DNA of 64,000 bases from Nitrososphaeraceae archaeon (GCA_036376955.1 DASUZI010000254.1:1792-65791); one strand, 5' to 3'. Shown: positions 9,877 to 20,771, numbered from the stretch's first letter. Notes: generated by a model from the letters alone, not told the origin. Made by a program: numbers and translations.

Positions 9877-10290
9877 CTATACCTCTTTAGTAATTTCAAT
9901 ACTCCGATTTATATTGTTTTCAACAAGAAAATTCCACCAATCTTTATCGATTATTTGGTAGTTTTTTACACTTGTATTAATAATTGTCTCATCATCAGTA
10001 TCATAGAATTTTAAGTTCCCTTCTTTCAAAATTTTAATTAATTTCCATCTATCCTTTCCTAAACGATTTCTATTAACAGCAACAGCCCATTTTTTTCCTT
10101 TTTCTATTCTAGGCATGCCTATATAATCTGCTATATCTAGGATGCCTAACCTCTTTTCCTCGCAAAAAAGTTCCTTAGTTATAGCACTTCTCCAAATATC
10201 TATTGCTCCTATGGTTTTATCGTTCTCATTTATATTAATGACACCAAAATAAACGATCTTGTCATTCGTTTTAGAATCATTTTCAATCAT
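9877..10290 (-). CDS. Hypothetical protein
   Basis: 137-aa ORF, 3 bp from the next gene. Confidence 0.7.
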   Translation of the reverse strand: MIENDSKTNDKIVYFGVININENDKTIGAIDIWRSAITKELFCEEKRLGILDIADYIGMPRIEKGKKWAVAVNRNRLGKDRWKLIKILKEGNLKFYDTDDETIINTSVKNYQIIDKDWWNFLVENNINRSIEITKEV

Positions 10291-10313
10291 AGAACATGAT
10301 TTTTTAGTTCTCC

Positions 10314-10670
10314 TTATTTAGTTCTTGCAGCATCGAATGGTTGTTCTAACATGATTGCAAGATTATCAATTACTGAATTTTTTTTCCAGGGGATATCTTG
10401 TTCTAAACACAATCTTTTATATCTATTTATTATAGCAAACCTAGGATGAAAGGTTTCAAACACATTCCTTGAGTATTCAATTACCATATTTTTATTGACA
10501 AGTGATTCTATGATTTCTTGACAATTTGACCTTTCTAAATTTAATTCTAATGAAATATGTTGTAGTTCCATTTTGCCTTTGCATATAATAAGCAAGAATA
10601 TCTCTATTTCCAAATCGGAAAGTTGAAGTTGATTTTTAAATACATTATAATATTTATCATTTAAAATCAT
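10314..10670 (-). CDS. TrmB-like winged-helix protein
   Basis: LSDLEIEIFLLII..GKMELQHISLELNLERSNCQEIIESLVNKNMV. Confidence 0.7.
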   Translation of the reverse strand: MILNDKYYNVFKNQLQLSDLEIEIFLLIICKGKMELQHISLELNLERSNCQEIIESLVNKNMVIEYSRNVFETFHPRFAIINRYKRLCLEQDIPWKKNSVIDNLAIMLEQPFDAARTK

Positions 10671-10746
10671 TATAAAGATACTTTAACTTCATATAAAATA
10701 ATTTTTCTGTTCAATTACTGGTTACCTAATTATTATAGGATCCATT

Positions 10747-11172
10747 CTATAAATGTTTTAGAAAATTATATCCTTGAGTGAGAATTTCCTTCGCATTTTT
10801 ATAAGTAAGCCTTTTTAAAGCATTTTCATAAAGCTCCCATACGAAATCTGTATGCTCTGATGACAATACGACATTCGTAGCCTTTGTTTTAGCTAAAAAA
10901 TAAATTACTTTTTTAGAGATCTTCTCGTTTTGACGGGAATAATTATAAGTTATCTCCTTCTCAAATCTATCTCTAAAAACAATATCAGAAATACCTGTCT
11001 CTTCTTTGATCTCTCTTCTGGTTGTTTCTAAATTAGTTTCTCCTTTTTCTTTATTTCCTTTTGGAAAATCCCAATGGCCTTGAGAATAACGTAATAAAAG
11101 AAACTTTACATCTTGATTTTCAATACAATAAACTAAAGCTCCACAAGAAATTTCATTTCTCAAAAAGATCAC
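10747..11172 (-). CDS. NUDIX hydrolase, Ap4A hydrolase-like
   Basis: HWDFPKG..EKGETNLETTRREIKEETG Nudix box; LSSEH. Confidence 0.88.
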   Translation of the reverse strand: MIFLRNEISCGALVYCIENQDVKFLLLRYSQGHWDFPKGNKEKGETNLETTRREIKEETGISDIVFRDRFEKEITYNYSRQNEKISKKVIYFLAKTKATNVVLSSEHTDFVWELYENALKRLTYKNAKEILTQGYNFLKHL

Positions 11173-11193
11173 TATCCAAATTCGAAATATTTT

Positions 11194-11343
11194 TTAATTG
11201 TCTTCCGAAGCTTCGTTATTGGATAAATGTTTCTGAACTTGACTGGGTAGATAATCATGTATTTTAAGCCATTCTTCTTCATCCATAAAATAACTACAAT
11301 ACCATTTTTTTAAATCAGGATCATAAAAACCATGTTCATGCAT
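11194..11343 (-). CDS. Small hypothetical protein (49 aa, not in ORF track)
   Basis: Hand translation MHEHGFYDPDLKKWYCSYFMDEEEWLKIHDYLPSQVQKHLSNNEASEDN*; fills the gap between uppS and the NUDIX gene on the same strand. Confidence 0.55.
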   Translation of the reverse strand: MHEHGFYDPDLKKWYCSYFMDEEEWLKIHDYLPSQVQKHLSNNEASEDN

Positions 11344-11382
11344 TTTATTAATATAGCAATCTTGGTATTTTTAGTTGTTACT

Positions 11383-12195
11383 TTACTTTCCAAATCTCCT
11401 TATACGATTTTGATAGGTCCTTATAGCACGCATAAAATCGATCTTTCGGAATTCTGGCCAAAAAACATCCATGAATACCAATTCACTATAGGCACTTTGC
11501 CAAAGTAAGAAACCACTTAACCTTTTTTCTCCTGAAGTTCTAAGGATTAGATCGGGATCAGATTGGGGAAGATGAGAAGTATAAAGACATGATTCAATGA
11601 TCTTTTTATTAATATCATTAATTTTTAATTTTCCTGAAGTAACCAATGAAGCTATTTTTTTAATAGCATCTACTAACTCTTGTTGTCCGCCGTAGGCTAC
11701 AGCGATATTTAAAAACATTGAATTGTATGAAGAAGTTTCTTCTTCTAAGATTTTTAATATTTGTTGTAGTTTTTTGGGCAGTAATTCTATATTTCCTATA
11801 GCTTTAATTTTCATCTTTCGTTTATGAATTCGGTTGTCATCTTTAAGTTTAGTTAATTTTTTACTTAATAAATCATAAATATTAGTTAATTCCTCATTTT
11901 CCCGTTCAAGATTTTCATTCGAAAGAACATAAACTGTAGTGATTTTTATTTCTAAATCATATATCCAATTTAACAATTCTTCTGCTTTCTCAGCACCAAG
12001 ATAATGAGCTTTATCAATTCCAAAAAAATGATATTTTGCCCATCGTCTATTTCCGTCTAAAATTATAGCTATATGTTTTGGTAAAGGATCTCTCGATATC
12101 TGAGACTCCAACCAACTTTCATATATCTTATAAAAACCTGATAACTTAAATATTAATTCAAATAAAATTTGACTAGAAAAATTTATCATTTTCAT
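11383..12195 (-). CDS. uppS: cis-prenyltransferase (undecaprenyl diphosphate synthase family)
   Basis: HIAIILDGNRRWA, DLILRTSGEKRLSGFLLWQSAYSE, RRFGK. Confidence 0.95.
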   Translation of the reverse strand: MKMINFSSQILFELIFKLSGFYKIYESWLESQISRDPLPKHIAIILDGNRRWAKYHFFGIDKAHYLGAEKAEELLNWIYDLEIKITTVYVLSNENLERENEELTNIYDLLSKKLTKLKDDNRIHKRKMKIKAIGNIELLPKKLQQILKILEEETSSYNSMFLNIAVAYGGQQELVDAIKKIASLVTSGKLKINDINKKIIESCLYTSHLPQSDPDLILRTSGEKRLSGFLLWQSAYSELVFMDVFWPEFRKIDFMRAIRTYQNRIRRFGK

Positions 12196-12255
12196 TTAAT
12201 ATTTTTCATTAAATTATAAAGTGTTTAATACTTATTTATTTTATTTTATTAAATA

Positions 12256-13419
12256 CTAATTTTTAAGGGATTCTCCACCCTTTCTATTTCTATAATATTG
12301 ATATAAAAATGTCGCTGCAACCAATGTTATAGCTAAGCCAATGAGTAATGAAGAAATAAGATTAAATGGGCTCGTTCCTTCAGTGAGTACTGAGGTAAAT
12401 TGTAATATTGGGTAGTACAATAAAATCAATATTACCAATCTGAGGATATCAGACATGGTTTTAATGCTTCCTCTGAACCAATTACTCAATAATGTTCCAG
12501 ACAGGATAGTTCCAATCCCAATCCATAATAGCAATATGGTACCCCTCAGAAAACTTCCAACTATCGCTTTGTTGGTAAGAATTTCAAAATTTGTCATATC
12601 ATCGCGAATGATTCCTTCGGGTATATGTGAGAGACCATTCACTATAGATACAACTATAATTAATAATCCAGAAACTAAAGAAAAAATCCTAATGAAACTT
12701 GTAGGGGTTGGCTTACCAAGAGCACTTATGGATTTATCAATGTCAAAGGCACGTATGATAAAAGCACAACCCAATATGCTTAGGACTAGTGCAACAGCTT
12801 CCTTTGTCAATCCAAAAATAGTAGAGATTCCACTCGCTAATAACAATGCACCTGGAACTCCTAGAAAGAATTTTGAATACCTAGCATCGTATACCAACAT
12901 TTTAATATATCGAGCAAAAATTGCATAAGAGTACTCAACGCTTCTACTATGTTTAATCACCACTCTTTGTACAGATATTATTGGCACTAGAGATTGAATC
13001 ACTGGTATCACAGTCTCATCATCTTCACCGTCAGAAACGATTACTGAGGCGTCTGCCTTGTATTTATCTACTATATACTTTATTTCAGCACCGATTTTTT
13101 CGTCTCCTTCTATTCCTCTATTATATCTTCCTGCAACGAGTGCAACTTCCACATTATATCCTCTGTTCAAAAGGTCTTCGTAAGTTTTTACAGCAGCAAA
13201 TATGGCATTAGAATCAGAATCTTCTGGGTCTTCAATGGCTAAACAAATACCAGCGTTGATGCATGAATCCCTCCCTATAACAGGTGTATCAATACCACCT
13301 TTCAATCCAATATCATCATCTCGATCGATACCAAGTACAATTATACAGTTAAACTTCTGATTTTGCCTTGTTATTAGATCTCTTCCTAAAAGATTCTCGC
13401 CATTATTACCATTTGACAA
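12256..13419 (-). CDS. DUF373 family membrane protein
   Basis: DRDDDIG..GGIDTPVIGR, DPEDSDSN, VSDGEDDE, then multiple TM helices. Confidence 0.85.
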   Translation of the reverse strand: MSNGNNGENLLGRDLITRQNQKFNCIIVLGIDRDDDIGLKGGIDTPVIGRDSCINAGICLAIEDPEDSDSNAIFAAVKTYEDLLNRGYNVEVALVAGRYNRGIEGDEKIGAEIKYIVDKYKADASVIVSDGEDDETVIPVIQSLVPIISVQRVVIKHSRSVEYSYAIFARYIKMLVYDARYSKFFLGVPGALLLASGISTIFGLTKEAVALVLSILGCAFIIRAFDIDKSISALGKPTPTSFIRIFSLVSGLLIIVVSIVNGLSHIPEGIIRDDMTNFEILTNKAIVGSFLRGTILLLWIGIGTILSGTLLSNWFRGSIKTMSDILRLVILILLYYPILQFTSVLTEGTSPFNLISSLLIGLAITLVAATFLYQYYRNRKGGESLKN

Positions 13420-13637
13420 AAAAGGACCTTCTTATTTTAAGATTTTTCACATTAATTAATTTATCTAATAATAGTTAAAATCATGATATCGCCTATTATT
13501 TCAAATTTTGTGGTTTAGATGACAAGTTTAATTTACACTATTATCGATAATAAATATCCTTTTTCAATAATTTGATCGGCAGATTATGTTACTAAAGGTT
13601 GAGTATAATTTTTAATTCATTGACTATACAATTATTA

Positions 13638-15101
13638 CTACATATATTGTAGGTCATTATCTTCTTTCCATAAATTGATCCTTTGATGAAACCAAGGATA
13701 AAAACTAGTATTCTTGTCTTCAAACTGTTTCTTAATTATTTTTGCAATTGTTTTAGATACTTGTCCAGGTTCGCCATAAATTTCCTTCTTATTCTTTGAT
13801 TTTACTCCAAAATCTTCAAATTTATCATATAAATGATTTACCATTGATGTAATCCATTCCGAATTTATCGGAGGAATTAATAAATTGCTTTTAGCATCAA
13901 AAATTGTTTCAGGTCTGTCTGTGTTTAACCTTATAGTAAGGGATAGCACATTTTTAAAATATAATAGTTCCTCTTGCATGGAACCCGAATCTGTCATCTC
14001 GGCCCAACATCGTCCACTATCCAGGAATTCGATTACTTGACCATACTCTTTCCATAATGGAGTGATTAAGAATTTATTAGGAAATTCATCTGCTAGCAAT
14101 CTAACTTTTTCTTCTAGTCCATAGAATTTTAATGCAGACTTTGTGGCATTGAGCATAACTAAGACGACTTTGTGATCTGAATATTTCACAATATTTACTA
14201 AACCATGGATTATTGACTTGAATCGATGTTCAGTTAAATTTTCCCTTCTATGAATATCCATTCTAATCCATTTTCCTTTTTCTAATTCTGGATATAAATC
14301 AAATATACTTTGAGACACTTTTTGTTTTCTTTTAAGATATATCGCATCTACTACCGAATTGCCAACAACGTGGACAAATTCATCAGGATACCCTTCTTTA
14401 ACAAGATTATCTTTATTTAATTGTGTAGGAGCAAAAAAATATTGTGTACCTGCAGAACATATCCAGGTATCTATTTGTTCTGGAAATGGCTCTTCTCTTG
14501 CGATGAACCATTTTCCATCAAATTGTTCTTGAATATATTTTTCTATAAGATCTAATGTGGGTTCTTGAGTTATTTTTAATTTCTTCATGATTTCAGGACT
14601 CATAGATCTTAATCCTGCCTCATTTTGGGCTACCTTTTGACCCATTCCAAAAACCCAAGCCAAGGGGGCTATACCTGCAACCAAAGTATCACCATGAACT
14701 ACAGGAAGCAATTTCGAAGTAGAACCGAATTCTTCTTTACAAAACCGACCAAAGGATCCAAATTTTAGTATCAGTTCACTAGCTTTTTCCATTAGATCAC
14801 CTCTTATCTGCAAGTCGCAGCCAACTGACTCTTCTAATTTGAATTCTTTAATTCCAAAGCCTAAGATATCATCAAAATGTTGACCTGTGTCTATAACAAA
14901 TACGGGGAGTTTTTCTCTTTTAGCCTCAACAACCAACGGAGCCTGTTTATAAAAATCTGGTTTGGTACCGATTACTACAGATAGTAATGGACTATTTTCT
15001 GATTTAGCTACATTAAAAATGTCTCTTAGTAAAGTACTGTTTACTTTAATAGGTAAATTCTGTTTCGATATCTCTATCTTCTCGATATTTGAGGTCTTCA
15101 A
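13638..15101 (-). CDS. wecB: UDP-N-acetylglucosamine 2-epimerase family protein
   Basis: GTKPD, TGQH, VHGDT, EAGLRS, PFPEQ, HRREN, TDSGSMQEE, TDRPE. Confidence 0.85.
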   Translation of the reverse strand: MKTSNIEKIEISKQNLPIKVNSTLLRDIFNVAKSENSPLLSVVIGTKPDFYKQAPLVVEAKREKLPVFVIDTGQHFDDILGFGIKEFKLEESVGCDLQIRGDLMEKASELILKFGSFGRFCKEEFGSTSKLLPVVHGDTLVAGIAPLAWVFGMGQKVAQNEAGLRSMSPEIMKKLKITQEPTLDLIEKYIQEQFDGKWFIAREEPFPEQIDTWICSAGTQYFFAPTQLNKDNLVKEGYPDEFVHVVGNSVVDAIYLKRKQKVSQSIFDLYPELEKGKWIRMDIHRRENLTEHRFKSIIHGLVNIVKYSDHKVVLVMLNATKSALKFYGLEEKVRLLADEFPNKFLITPLWKEYGQVIEFLDSGRCWAEMTDSGSMQEELLYFKNVLSLTIRLNTDRPETIFDAKSNLLIPPINSEWITSMVNHLYDKFEDFGVKSKNKKEIYGEPGQVSKTIAKIIKKQFEDKNTSFYPWFHQRINLWKEDNDLQYM

Positions 15102-15523
15102 TTAAATCTCCCTGTTTTATTATTTTTCTTTTTAGATTTTAAGTAAAAAATAAATCCAATAATAAATATTGCGAATCCCACGGCTATAAAAGTATAAGGA
15201 ACTAAAACAATAAGGGGATGAAAAAATTCATCAGTAATCATAGGACTCATAGAAAGAGCAATTACCATCCCAATGATTAATACCACTCCAGTTAAAGCTA
15301 ATAATAGACCAACTAATCTACTACCATAGTTTTTTGATAAACCAAATGATATTCCAGCTAGAATAATAGAAGGGACACCAGAAATAGATAATGTCTTGAC
15401 TACCACTCCACGCACATCAACATACCTATCTGGTCCTTGTCCTTCAGTTCCAATTAAGACATTATAAAATGAAATAATTAATAAAACAAACATTATTGAT
15501 AAACCGAGAGATGTAATTGACAA
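15098..15523 (-). CDS. Hypothetical membrane protein
   Basis: Four hydrophobic segments; overlaps the wecB start by 4 bp. Confidence 0.7.
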   Translation of the reverse strand: MSITSLGLSIMFVLLIISFYNVLIGTEGQGPDRYVDVRGVVVKTLSISGVPSIILAGISFGLSKNYGSRLVGLLLALTGVVLIIGMVIALSMSPMITDEFFHPLIVLVPYTFIAVGFAIFIIGFIFYLKSKKKNNKTGRFN

Positions 15524-15559
15524 CCAACTCTCTAAATTAAGACTATTTTTTAATATAAT

Positions 15560-16588
15560 TTATTCAACTCCTACTAACTTTGCTATCTCTTTCCTTGCAG
15601 CCCCCCCCAATTTTGCAGCCGCAGTTTCTGGCGAAACATTATTTACGAAAACACCAAATCCCTTTTCTAGACCAGTAAGTTCGTAGATATGTGGAAAAAT
15701 TTCTATATGCCAGTGAAATTGTCTGCTATTCTTCTTTTCTGGCGATAGCTGAAATATGAGATTATAAGATGGATTATTTAATACTTGAGCCATTCCTCCT
15801 AGAGTTGATCTTAAAATCATAGCAAGATCAAATATTTCTTTCTGAGATATTTTTGTTAGTGTTGTAGAATGTTTCTTTGGATAAATTACAAATTCATATG
15901 GGTAAATCGAAGCCCATGGACAAAACGCAACAAAATGATCTGTAGCAAGTATTTGCCTAGGTCCATCCAGTTCAGTAGAAATTGCAATACATGAAGGACA
16001 ATTTCCATTTTCATTAACATATCGATGTGAGGATAATGCTTTAGATTCTATAAAAGGAGGAACTTCCGAAAAAGTGACAATGTCAATATGAGAATGATCA
16101 ATATTGGTTCCGCATTTATTTCCTTTGTTTATATAAACAGAAACATATGTAACTTTTTTCTGAGAATAAAGCCATCTTATTCTATCCTGAAGTACTAAAA
16201 GAACATTACACCATTGTTCCACTGAAATGTTGGAAAAGCTATCATTGTGGTTAGGAGTTGCTACCAAAACCTGATGATATCCATATGCTGGTTCGCTATA
16301 AAGGGGCTTATCAGTGTACAAAGTCGAATGATTTAAAGCAATTATAGGAGCATTACTATTGAAAACTCTGACACTCCAATCTTTAACTATATTTCCCTCA
16401 GAATCAGATAATCGTTGGAGAATTCCGCTTTTAATTACAAGGGAAACTATTGCAGGAGGAGTATTATTTTCATTTCCTGGACAATATGGGCATATTGTGA
16501 GTGAAGGATTATCATTTTTGCTTTCCTCTAAATTACTTGGATAAATTACAAATTTATCCATGGCATAGTCCTTTCTCAATTCTCCCAT
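15560..16588 (-). CDS. galT: Galactose-1-phosphate uridylyltransferase-like HIT protein
   Basis: MGELRKD, CPYCPGNE, GYHQV, HSH, CPSC, FHWHIEIFP, GLEKGFG. Confidence 0.75.
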   Translation of the reverse strand: MGELRKDYAMDKFVIYPSNLEESKNDNPSLTICPYCPGNENNTPPAIVSLVIKSGILQRLSDSEGNIVKDWSVRVFNSNAPIIALNHSTLYTDKPLYSEPAYGYHQVLVATPNHNDSFSNISVEQWCNVLLVLQDRIRWLYSQKKVTYVSVYINKGNKCGTNIDHSHIDIVTFSEVPPFIESKALSSHRYVNENGNCPSCIAISTELDGPRQILATDHFVAFCPWASIYPYEFVIYPKKHSTTLTKISQKEIFDLAMILRSTLGGMAQVLNNPSYNLIFQLSPEKKNSRQFHWHIEIFPHIYELTGLEKGFGVFVNNVSPETAAAKLGGAARKEIAKLVGVE

Positions 16589-16773
16589 GGTAATCTTTTA
16601 AACCTCATGGTTTCCTTTAATTAAAGGTTCTGATAATTTCAATATTAATAATGTATGTCTATTAAATGTTTTTTACCTAAATTATTCTAGATTATAACAA
16701 TATTGACCATGTTAAGTTTTATTTTCTTTCAATCAATAAGTTTAAAATATAGTTGATGTCTTGATAAAATATT

Positions 16774-17028
16774 ATGACAATGCCAAAAGGTTTCGGATCA
16801 AATGTAACTCAAAATGGAAAAAGAAATTTTAATGATTGGTGGAATTCTGTACCTGCAGATTTAAAGCAGAAAGCTAGAAAAGGAGATGAAAGTAATAAGC
16901 CCCTATTGAATCAAGTAAATTATGTTTTGTTACATCTTCATTTAGCTGGAAAGCATGATGCTAAGCCCTCTCATGATGAATTGAAGGATTGGCTTCATAG
17001 CGGCCAAGTTGACGTGTTACGAAAGTAA
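16774..17028 (+). CDS. Hypothetical protein
   Basis: 84-aa ATG ORF with TATA-like TTTAAAA upstream and a T-tract after the stop. Confidence 0.7.
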   Translation: MTMPKGFGSNVTQNGKRNFNDWWNSVPADLKQKARKGDESNKPLLNQVNYVLLHLHLAGKHDAKPSHDELKDWLHSGQVDVLRK

Positions 17029-17231
17029 TAATTTTCTTTTTTTAATTTTTTCTCATTATTATTATAATTTCAATATATTTTCTTTATCACACTATCAATC
17101 ACTTTAAGAAATAATTTCAATATTAGTCAGATGAATTATAACACTTACCTCTTCATATACAAATTGGGACTAAAACAAATCTGATGATTTACTGTAATCA
17201 GAAATATCAAGTATTGAATTTTACCAGATAA

Positions 17232-18284
17232 TCATTTAAATTCTTCTTCCAATATTTTTTTCTTTTTACTAAGTTCAAAAATTTTATCAGTGTAGGCAAG
17301 AGCCTTTTTTCTGGGTTTCTTGAAAATGAGAGACTGAACAAGAAGATGGTTTTCAGGAATAACCATACCTGTCTGATCATCAGAATAAGAGATTTTCAGA
17401 ACATCATCTTGTGTTCTCATTACTTCTTCGTGAATATGAATCATGTTGGTATCACCATGAGCAAATTTCATATCTAGAGCCTTTTTTCTTATCTCTGCAG
17501 TACCCTTTGCACCATTTAAAATTGCTACACCAAACTCTTTTGAAAAAATTTCTAAAATTTCATTTTTGGTAGGTGTTTTATCTCTAAATCTAATAGACAT
17601 TTGATGTAAATGCATCATTCGCGAAGGAACCTTATAAGCATCCACAAATAGTTTTATGTCGGGTATGAAATTTTGAACATCATCTTGATGATGAGGATTC
17701 TTATCCCATTGTATAGAATCCTTTACCTCAGTCAAATCTTCCAAATCCGCCCATCTTCTAATTAAGGTAACATCATATCGAGTAATTCTATCACCAAAAT
17801 GGTCAATTAAAGGTTGAATAACTCTGCCCATTCCTGATACATTACAACTACCCTGAATTACATACGACTTGTCCACTACCTTGTCATAATTAACCCGAGA
17901 ATTGTGAATAATGTCAGCAACAGAATATTTGCCTTCTATATCTTCACCACCTTGAAAGATAGCCCTTTTTTTCATAGGCAGATAAAATTTTTGTTTATTA
18001 TTAAAACCCAACCCTTCCTTTGAAGCATCTATTACGATATCACTCTTCTTAATAGCCTCATCTATAAAGCCAGTAAACTCCAATTTATTCTTCTTGAATT
18101 CTTGTTCGAGAGATTGTGGGATAAAAACATTATACCCTTTAAGGTTCGCCTCTTTTGCGCGTTCGTCGGCTTTATATTTTGCTATACCGACCAAATCTAC
18201 CTGGCTATCTAAATTAAATGCAGTAGCTAGCCTTCTTCCGATATTACCATAACCATTAATAAATAACCTGACCATTTCAACCAC
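17232..18284 (-). CDS. gap: Archaeal (type II) glyceraldehyde-3-phosphate dehydrogenase
   Basis: NGYGNIGRRLA, IFQGGE, GSCN catalytic Cys, PHHQDD, VIPEN. Confidence 0.88.
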   Translation of the reverse strand: MVEMVRLFINGYGNIGRRLATAFNLDSQVDLVGIAKYKADERAKEANLKGYNVFIPQSLEQEFKKNKLEFTGFIDEAIKKSDIVIDASKEGLGFNNKQKFYLPMKKRAIFQGGEDIEGKYSVADIIHNSRVNYDKVVDKSYVIQGSCNVSGMGRVIQPLIDHFGDRITRYDVTLIRRWADLEDLTEVKDSIQWDKNPHHQDDVQNFIPDIKLFVDAYKVPSRMMHLHQMSIRFRDKTPTKNEILEIFSKEFGVAILNGAKGTAEIRKKALDMKFAHGDTNMIHIHEEVMRTQDDVLKISYSDDQTGMVIPENHLLVQSLIFKKPRKKALAYTDKIFELSKKKKILEEEFK

Positions 18285-18392
18285 TAAAATCTTCTTATCT
18301 TACTCCATCAAAAGTATAATATATTTTTATTTTGAATTTTCAACCTTTGAAATGTTTAAATGGACTCCCATTATTAATAAACGCTAATCTAA

Positions 18393-18980
18393 ATGAAAAT
18401 TTTGATTATCGATAATTATGATTCTTTTGTTTATAATATTGCACAAACTCTTGGAAAACATAATATTACAACTTTCGTTTATAGAAATGACAATATTACT
18501 CTTAATCAAATAAAAAAGATGAGTGTAGATGCTATAATCATATCACCTGGTCCAGGAAATCCAGAAGAAAAGAAATATTTTGGAATTTGCAACAATGTTA
18601 TAAAAATTTTAGGAAAAGAAATCCCAGTTTTGGGCATATGTTTAGGACATCAAGGAATAGTTTCAGCTTTTGGTGGGAAAATTACCAATGCCGGTAAAAC
18701 CAGGCACGGCAAAACTAGTAAAATATTTTATCAATATGATCCATTATTTAAAGATGTCAAGAATCCTTTTGTTGCTACACGTTATCATTCCCTGATAGCC
18801 GATAAAGAAACATTTCCTAATTGCTTAGAAATAACAGCTAAATCAGTAGATGATAACGAGATCATGGCTTTAACCCATAAAAAATACCCAATTAAAGGGG
18901 TTCAATTTCATCCAGAATCAATATTAACTGGTGAAGGATCTAAGATATTAAACAACTTTATTTCATTTATAAAAAAATGA
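18393..18980 (+). CDS. trpG: Anthranilate synthase component II (glutamine amidotransferase)
   Basis: IDNYDSF, ISPGPG, LGICLGHQ, TRYHSL, GVQFHPES. Confidence 0.93.
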   Translation: MKILIIDNYDSFVYNIAQTLGKHNITTFVYRNDNITLNQIKKMSVDAIIISPGPGNPEEKKYFGICNNVIKILGKEIPVLGICLGHQGIVSAFGGKITNAGKTRHGKTSKIFYQYDPLFKDVKNPFVATRYHSLIADKETFPNCLEITAKSVDDNEIMALTHKKYPIKGVQFHPESILTGEGSKILNNFISFIKK

Positions 18981-20053
18981 AAAATAAAGAAATTAATTTC
19001 AAGAATATATTGACTAAAATTTCTTCAGGGAATAATTTTTCATATAATGAAGCCAAATTGATTTTCGAAAAAATCGTTGAGGGGAAAATGCAAGATTCCG
19101 ATGCTTCTTCTATTCTCAAAGAGATTTCTTTTAAAGGAGAGACTGTAGATGAAATTCTCGCAATGATTGAAATTATTAAGCAGTTCTCTATTACAATCCA
19201 TCCAACGTTCAAAAATTCTTTATTTGATATTTGCGGTACTGGTGGCTCTAAAATCAAAACATTTAACATTAGTACAGCTGCTGCAATTGTTGCAGCCTCT
19301 GCTGGCTGTAATATAGCAAAACATGGTAATCGTTCGGCTTCTGGAGTTTGTGGGAGCGCTGATTTTTTGGAATATATTGGAATTAACTTGGATAGTCCAC
19401 CTCATATGGTATCTCGTAGTATTGAAGAACTAGGCTTAGGTTTTTTGTTTGCTCCATTATTTCACCCTGTATTAAAAAATGTTGCAAAATTAAGGAAGAC
19501 AATAGGTATGAAAACAATTTTTAATATTGCAGCACCATTATGTAATCCATGTGACAACTTGAGTGGACAAGTTATAGGTGTATATGATTCGACATTATTA
19601 AATAAATTTTCTGAAGTTACAAAAAAACTAAATAAAAATTATATCATTGTAAATTCAAATGATGGCATCGATGAAATATCTAATACTGGCAAAAACAATT
19701 TGGTGTATGTTATCAAAGGAAAGATAAACAGAATTAACCTAAATCCAATAGATGTTGGAATACCACTTACATCAATAAATGATATAACTATTAAAAATAA
19801 GAGGGATTCAATCAAATTAACTCTTAAATCTATCTATGGGTTAGCACGCAAACAAATTGAAGATATCGTTGTCATCAATTCGGCACCCGCATTGGTTCTA
19901 TCTAAAATTGCCAAAGACATTAAAGAAGGAGTTGATATTTCGAGATCTGTAATTAGAGAGGGAAAAGGGAGAAACAAGTTAAGGGATTTGATTGCTTTTT
20001 GTGGAAATAAGAATAGATTATTGGAAATTGAAAATAATTTTGATCTAAATTAA
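18977..20053 (+). CDS. trpD: Anthranilate phosphoribosyltransferase
   Basis: DICGTGG, TFNIST, AKHGNRSASGVCGSAD, FLFAPLFHP, DGIDE. Confidence 0.93.
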   Translation: MKNKEINFKNILTKISSGNNFSYNEAKLIFEKIVEGKMQDSDASSILKEISFKGETVDEILAMIEIIKQFSITIHPTFKNSLFDICGTGGSKIKTFNISTAAAIVAASAGCNIAKHGNRSASGVCGSADFLEYIGINLDSPPHMVSRSIEELGLGFLFAPLFHPVLKNVAKLRKTIGMKTIFNIAAPLCNPCDNLSGQVIGVYDSTLLNKFSEVTKKLNKNYIIVNSNDGIDEISNTGKNNLVYVIKGKINRINLNPIDVGIPLTSINDITIKNKRDSIKLTLKSIYGLARKQIEDIVVINSAPALVLSKIAKDIKEGVDISRSVIREGKGRNKLRDLIAFCGNKNRLLEIENNFDLN

Positions 20054-20394
20054 ATATGGACAATTGATAATATAAATTTAGATTAAATATCATGATAATA
20101 TGCATCCAAAAATGTGTGTTTTTTATAAATAACAGAAAACCAATCTGAATAATTTTTTTCAAATAACTACATTACTTGTAGAGCGAGATTTTTAAAAATG
20201 ATTATAATGACTTCATACAAGAAAACTCAATACATTATGTAATTTTCTTTCCCAATATGATAGAATAAAATTTAGGTGAAAATTTTCACATTTAAAAACA
20301 CAAAATCTTGTAAATACAAATTAATAGTTATATTCTGGCGCAATTTTGAAATAATGCAAATGCTTATATGAGTTCATAAAAATATGATACGACA

Positions 20395-20757
20395 TTGAGC
20401 TTCCAATTCACAATATTAGAAGATAAATTAAACATGATGTTAAACAGGAGAGAATTAAAAATATTTTTCAAGAGCGCAGCAGGTAAAATCAGTAAAATTG
20501 AATTAGTAAAGATGATAGCAAAAAATTTTAATGAAGATGAAAAAAAAATTTTTCCTATTTCATTATCTGGTGAAAAAGGAAAAACTGATGTTACTGCTAC
20601 TCTTTTTATCTATGAAAATGATGAAATAGCAAAAAATCATCTTCCAAAGTATAGACTATTAAGAAAATTATCCAAAGAAGATAGAAAGAAACTCATTGAT
20701 GATGAAAAAGCAGCAAAATTGAAAGCAAAGCAAGCTGCTAAGGCAGATTCTAAATAA
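20395..20757 (+). CDS. rps24e: 30S ribosomal protein S24e
   Basis: NMMLNRREL, ATLFIYE, LPKYRLLR; directly upstream of S27ae. Confidence 0.82.
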   Translation: MSFQFTILEDKLNMMLNRRELKIFFKSAAGKISKIELVKMIAKNFNEDEKKIFPISLSGEKGKTDVTATLFIYENDEIAKNHLPKYRLLRKLSKEDRKKLIDDEKAAKLKAKQAAKADSK

Positions 20758-20771
20758 TTGTGGTGAACTGA

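Noticed and set aside
12455-12928. 157-aa plus-strand ORF, and similar shadow ORFs (e.g. 2848, 4459, 9587, 22637, 30319, 53354)
   Set aside because: Antisense to well-supported genes and lacking recognisable motifs.
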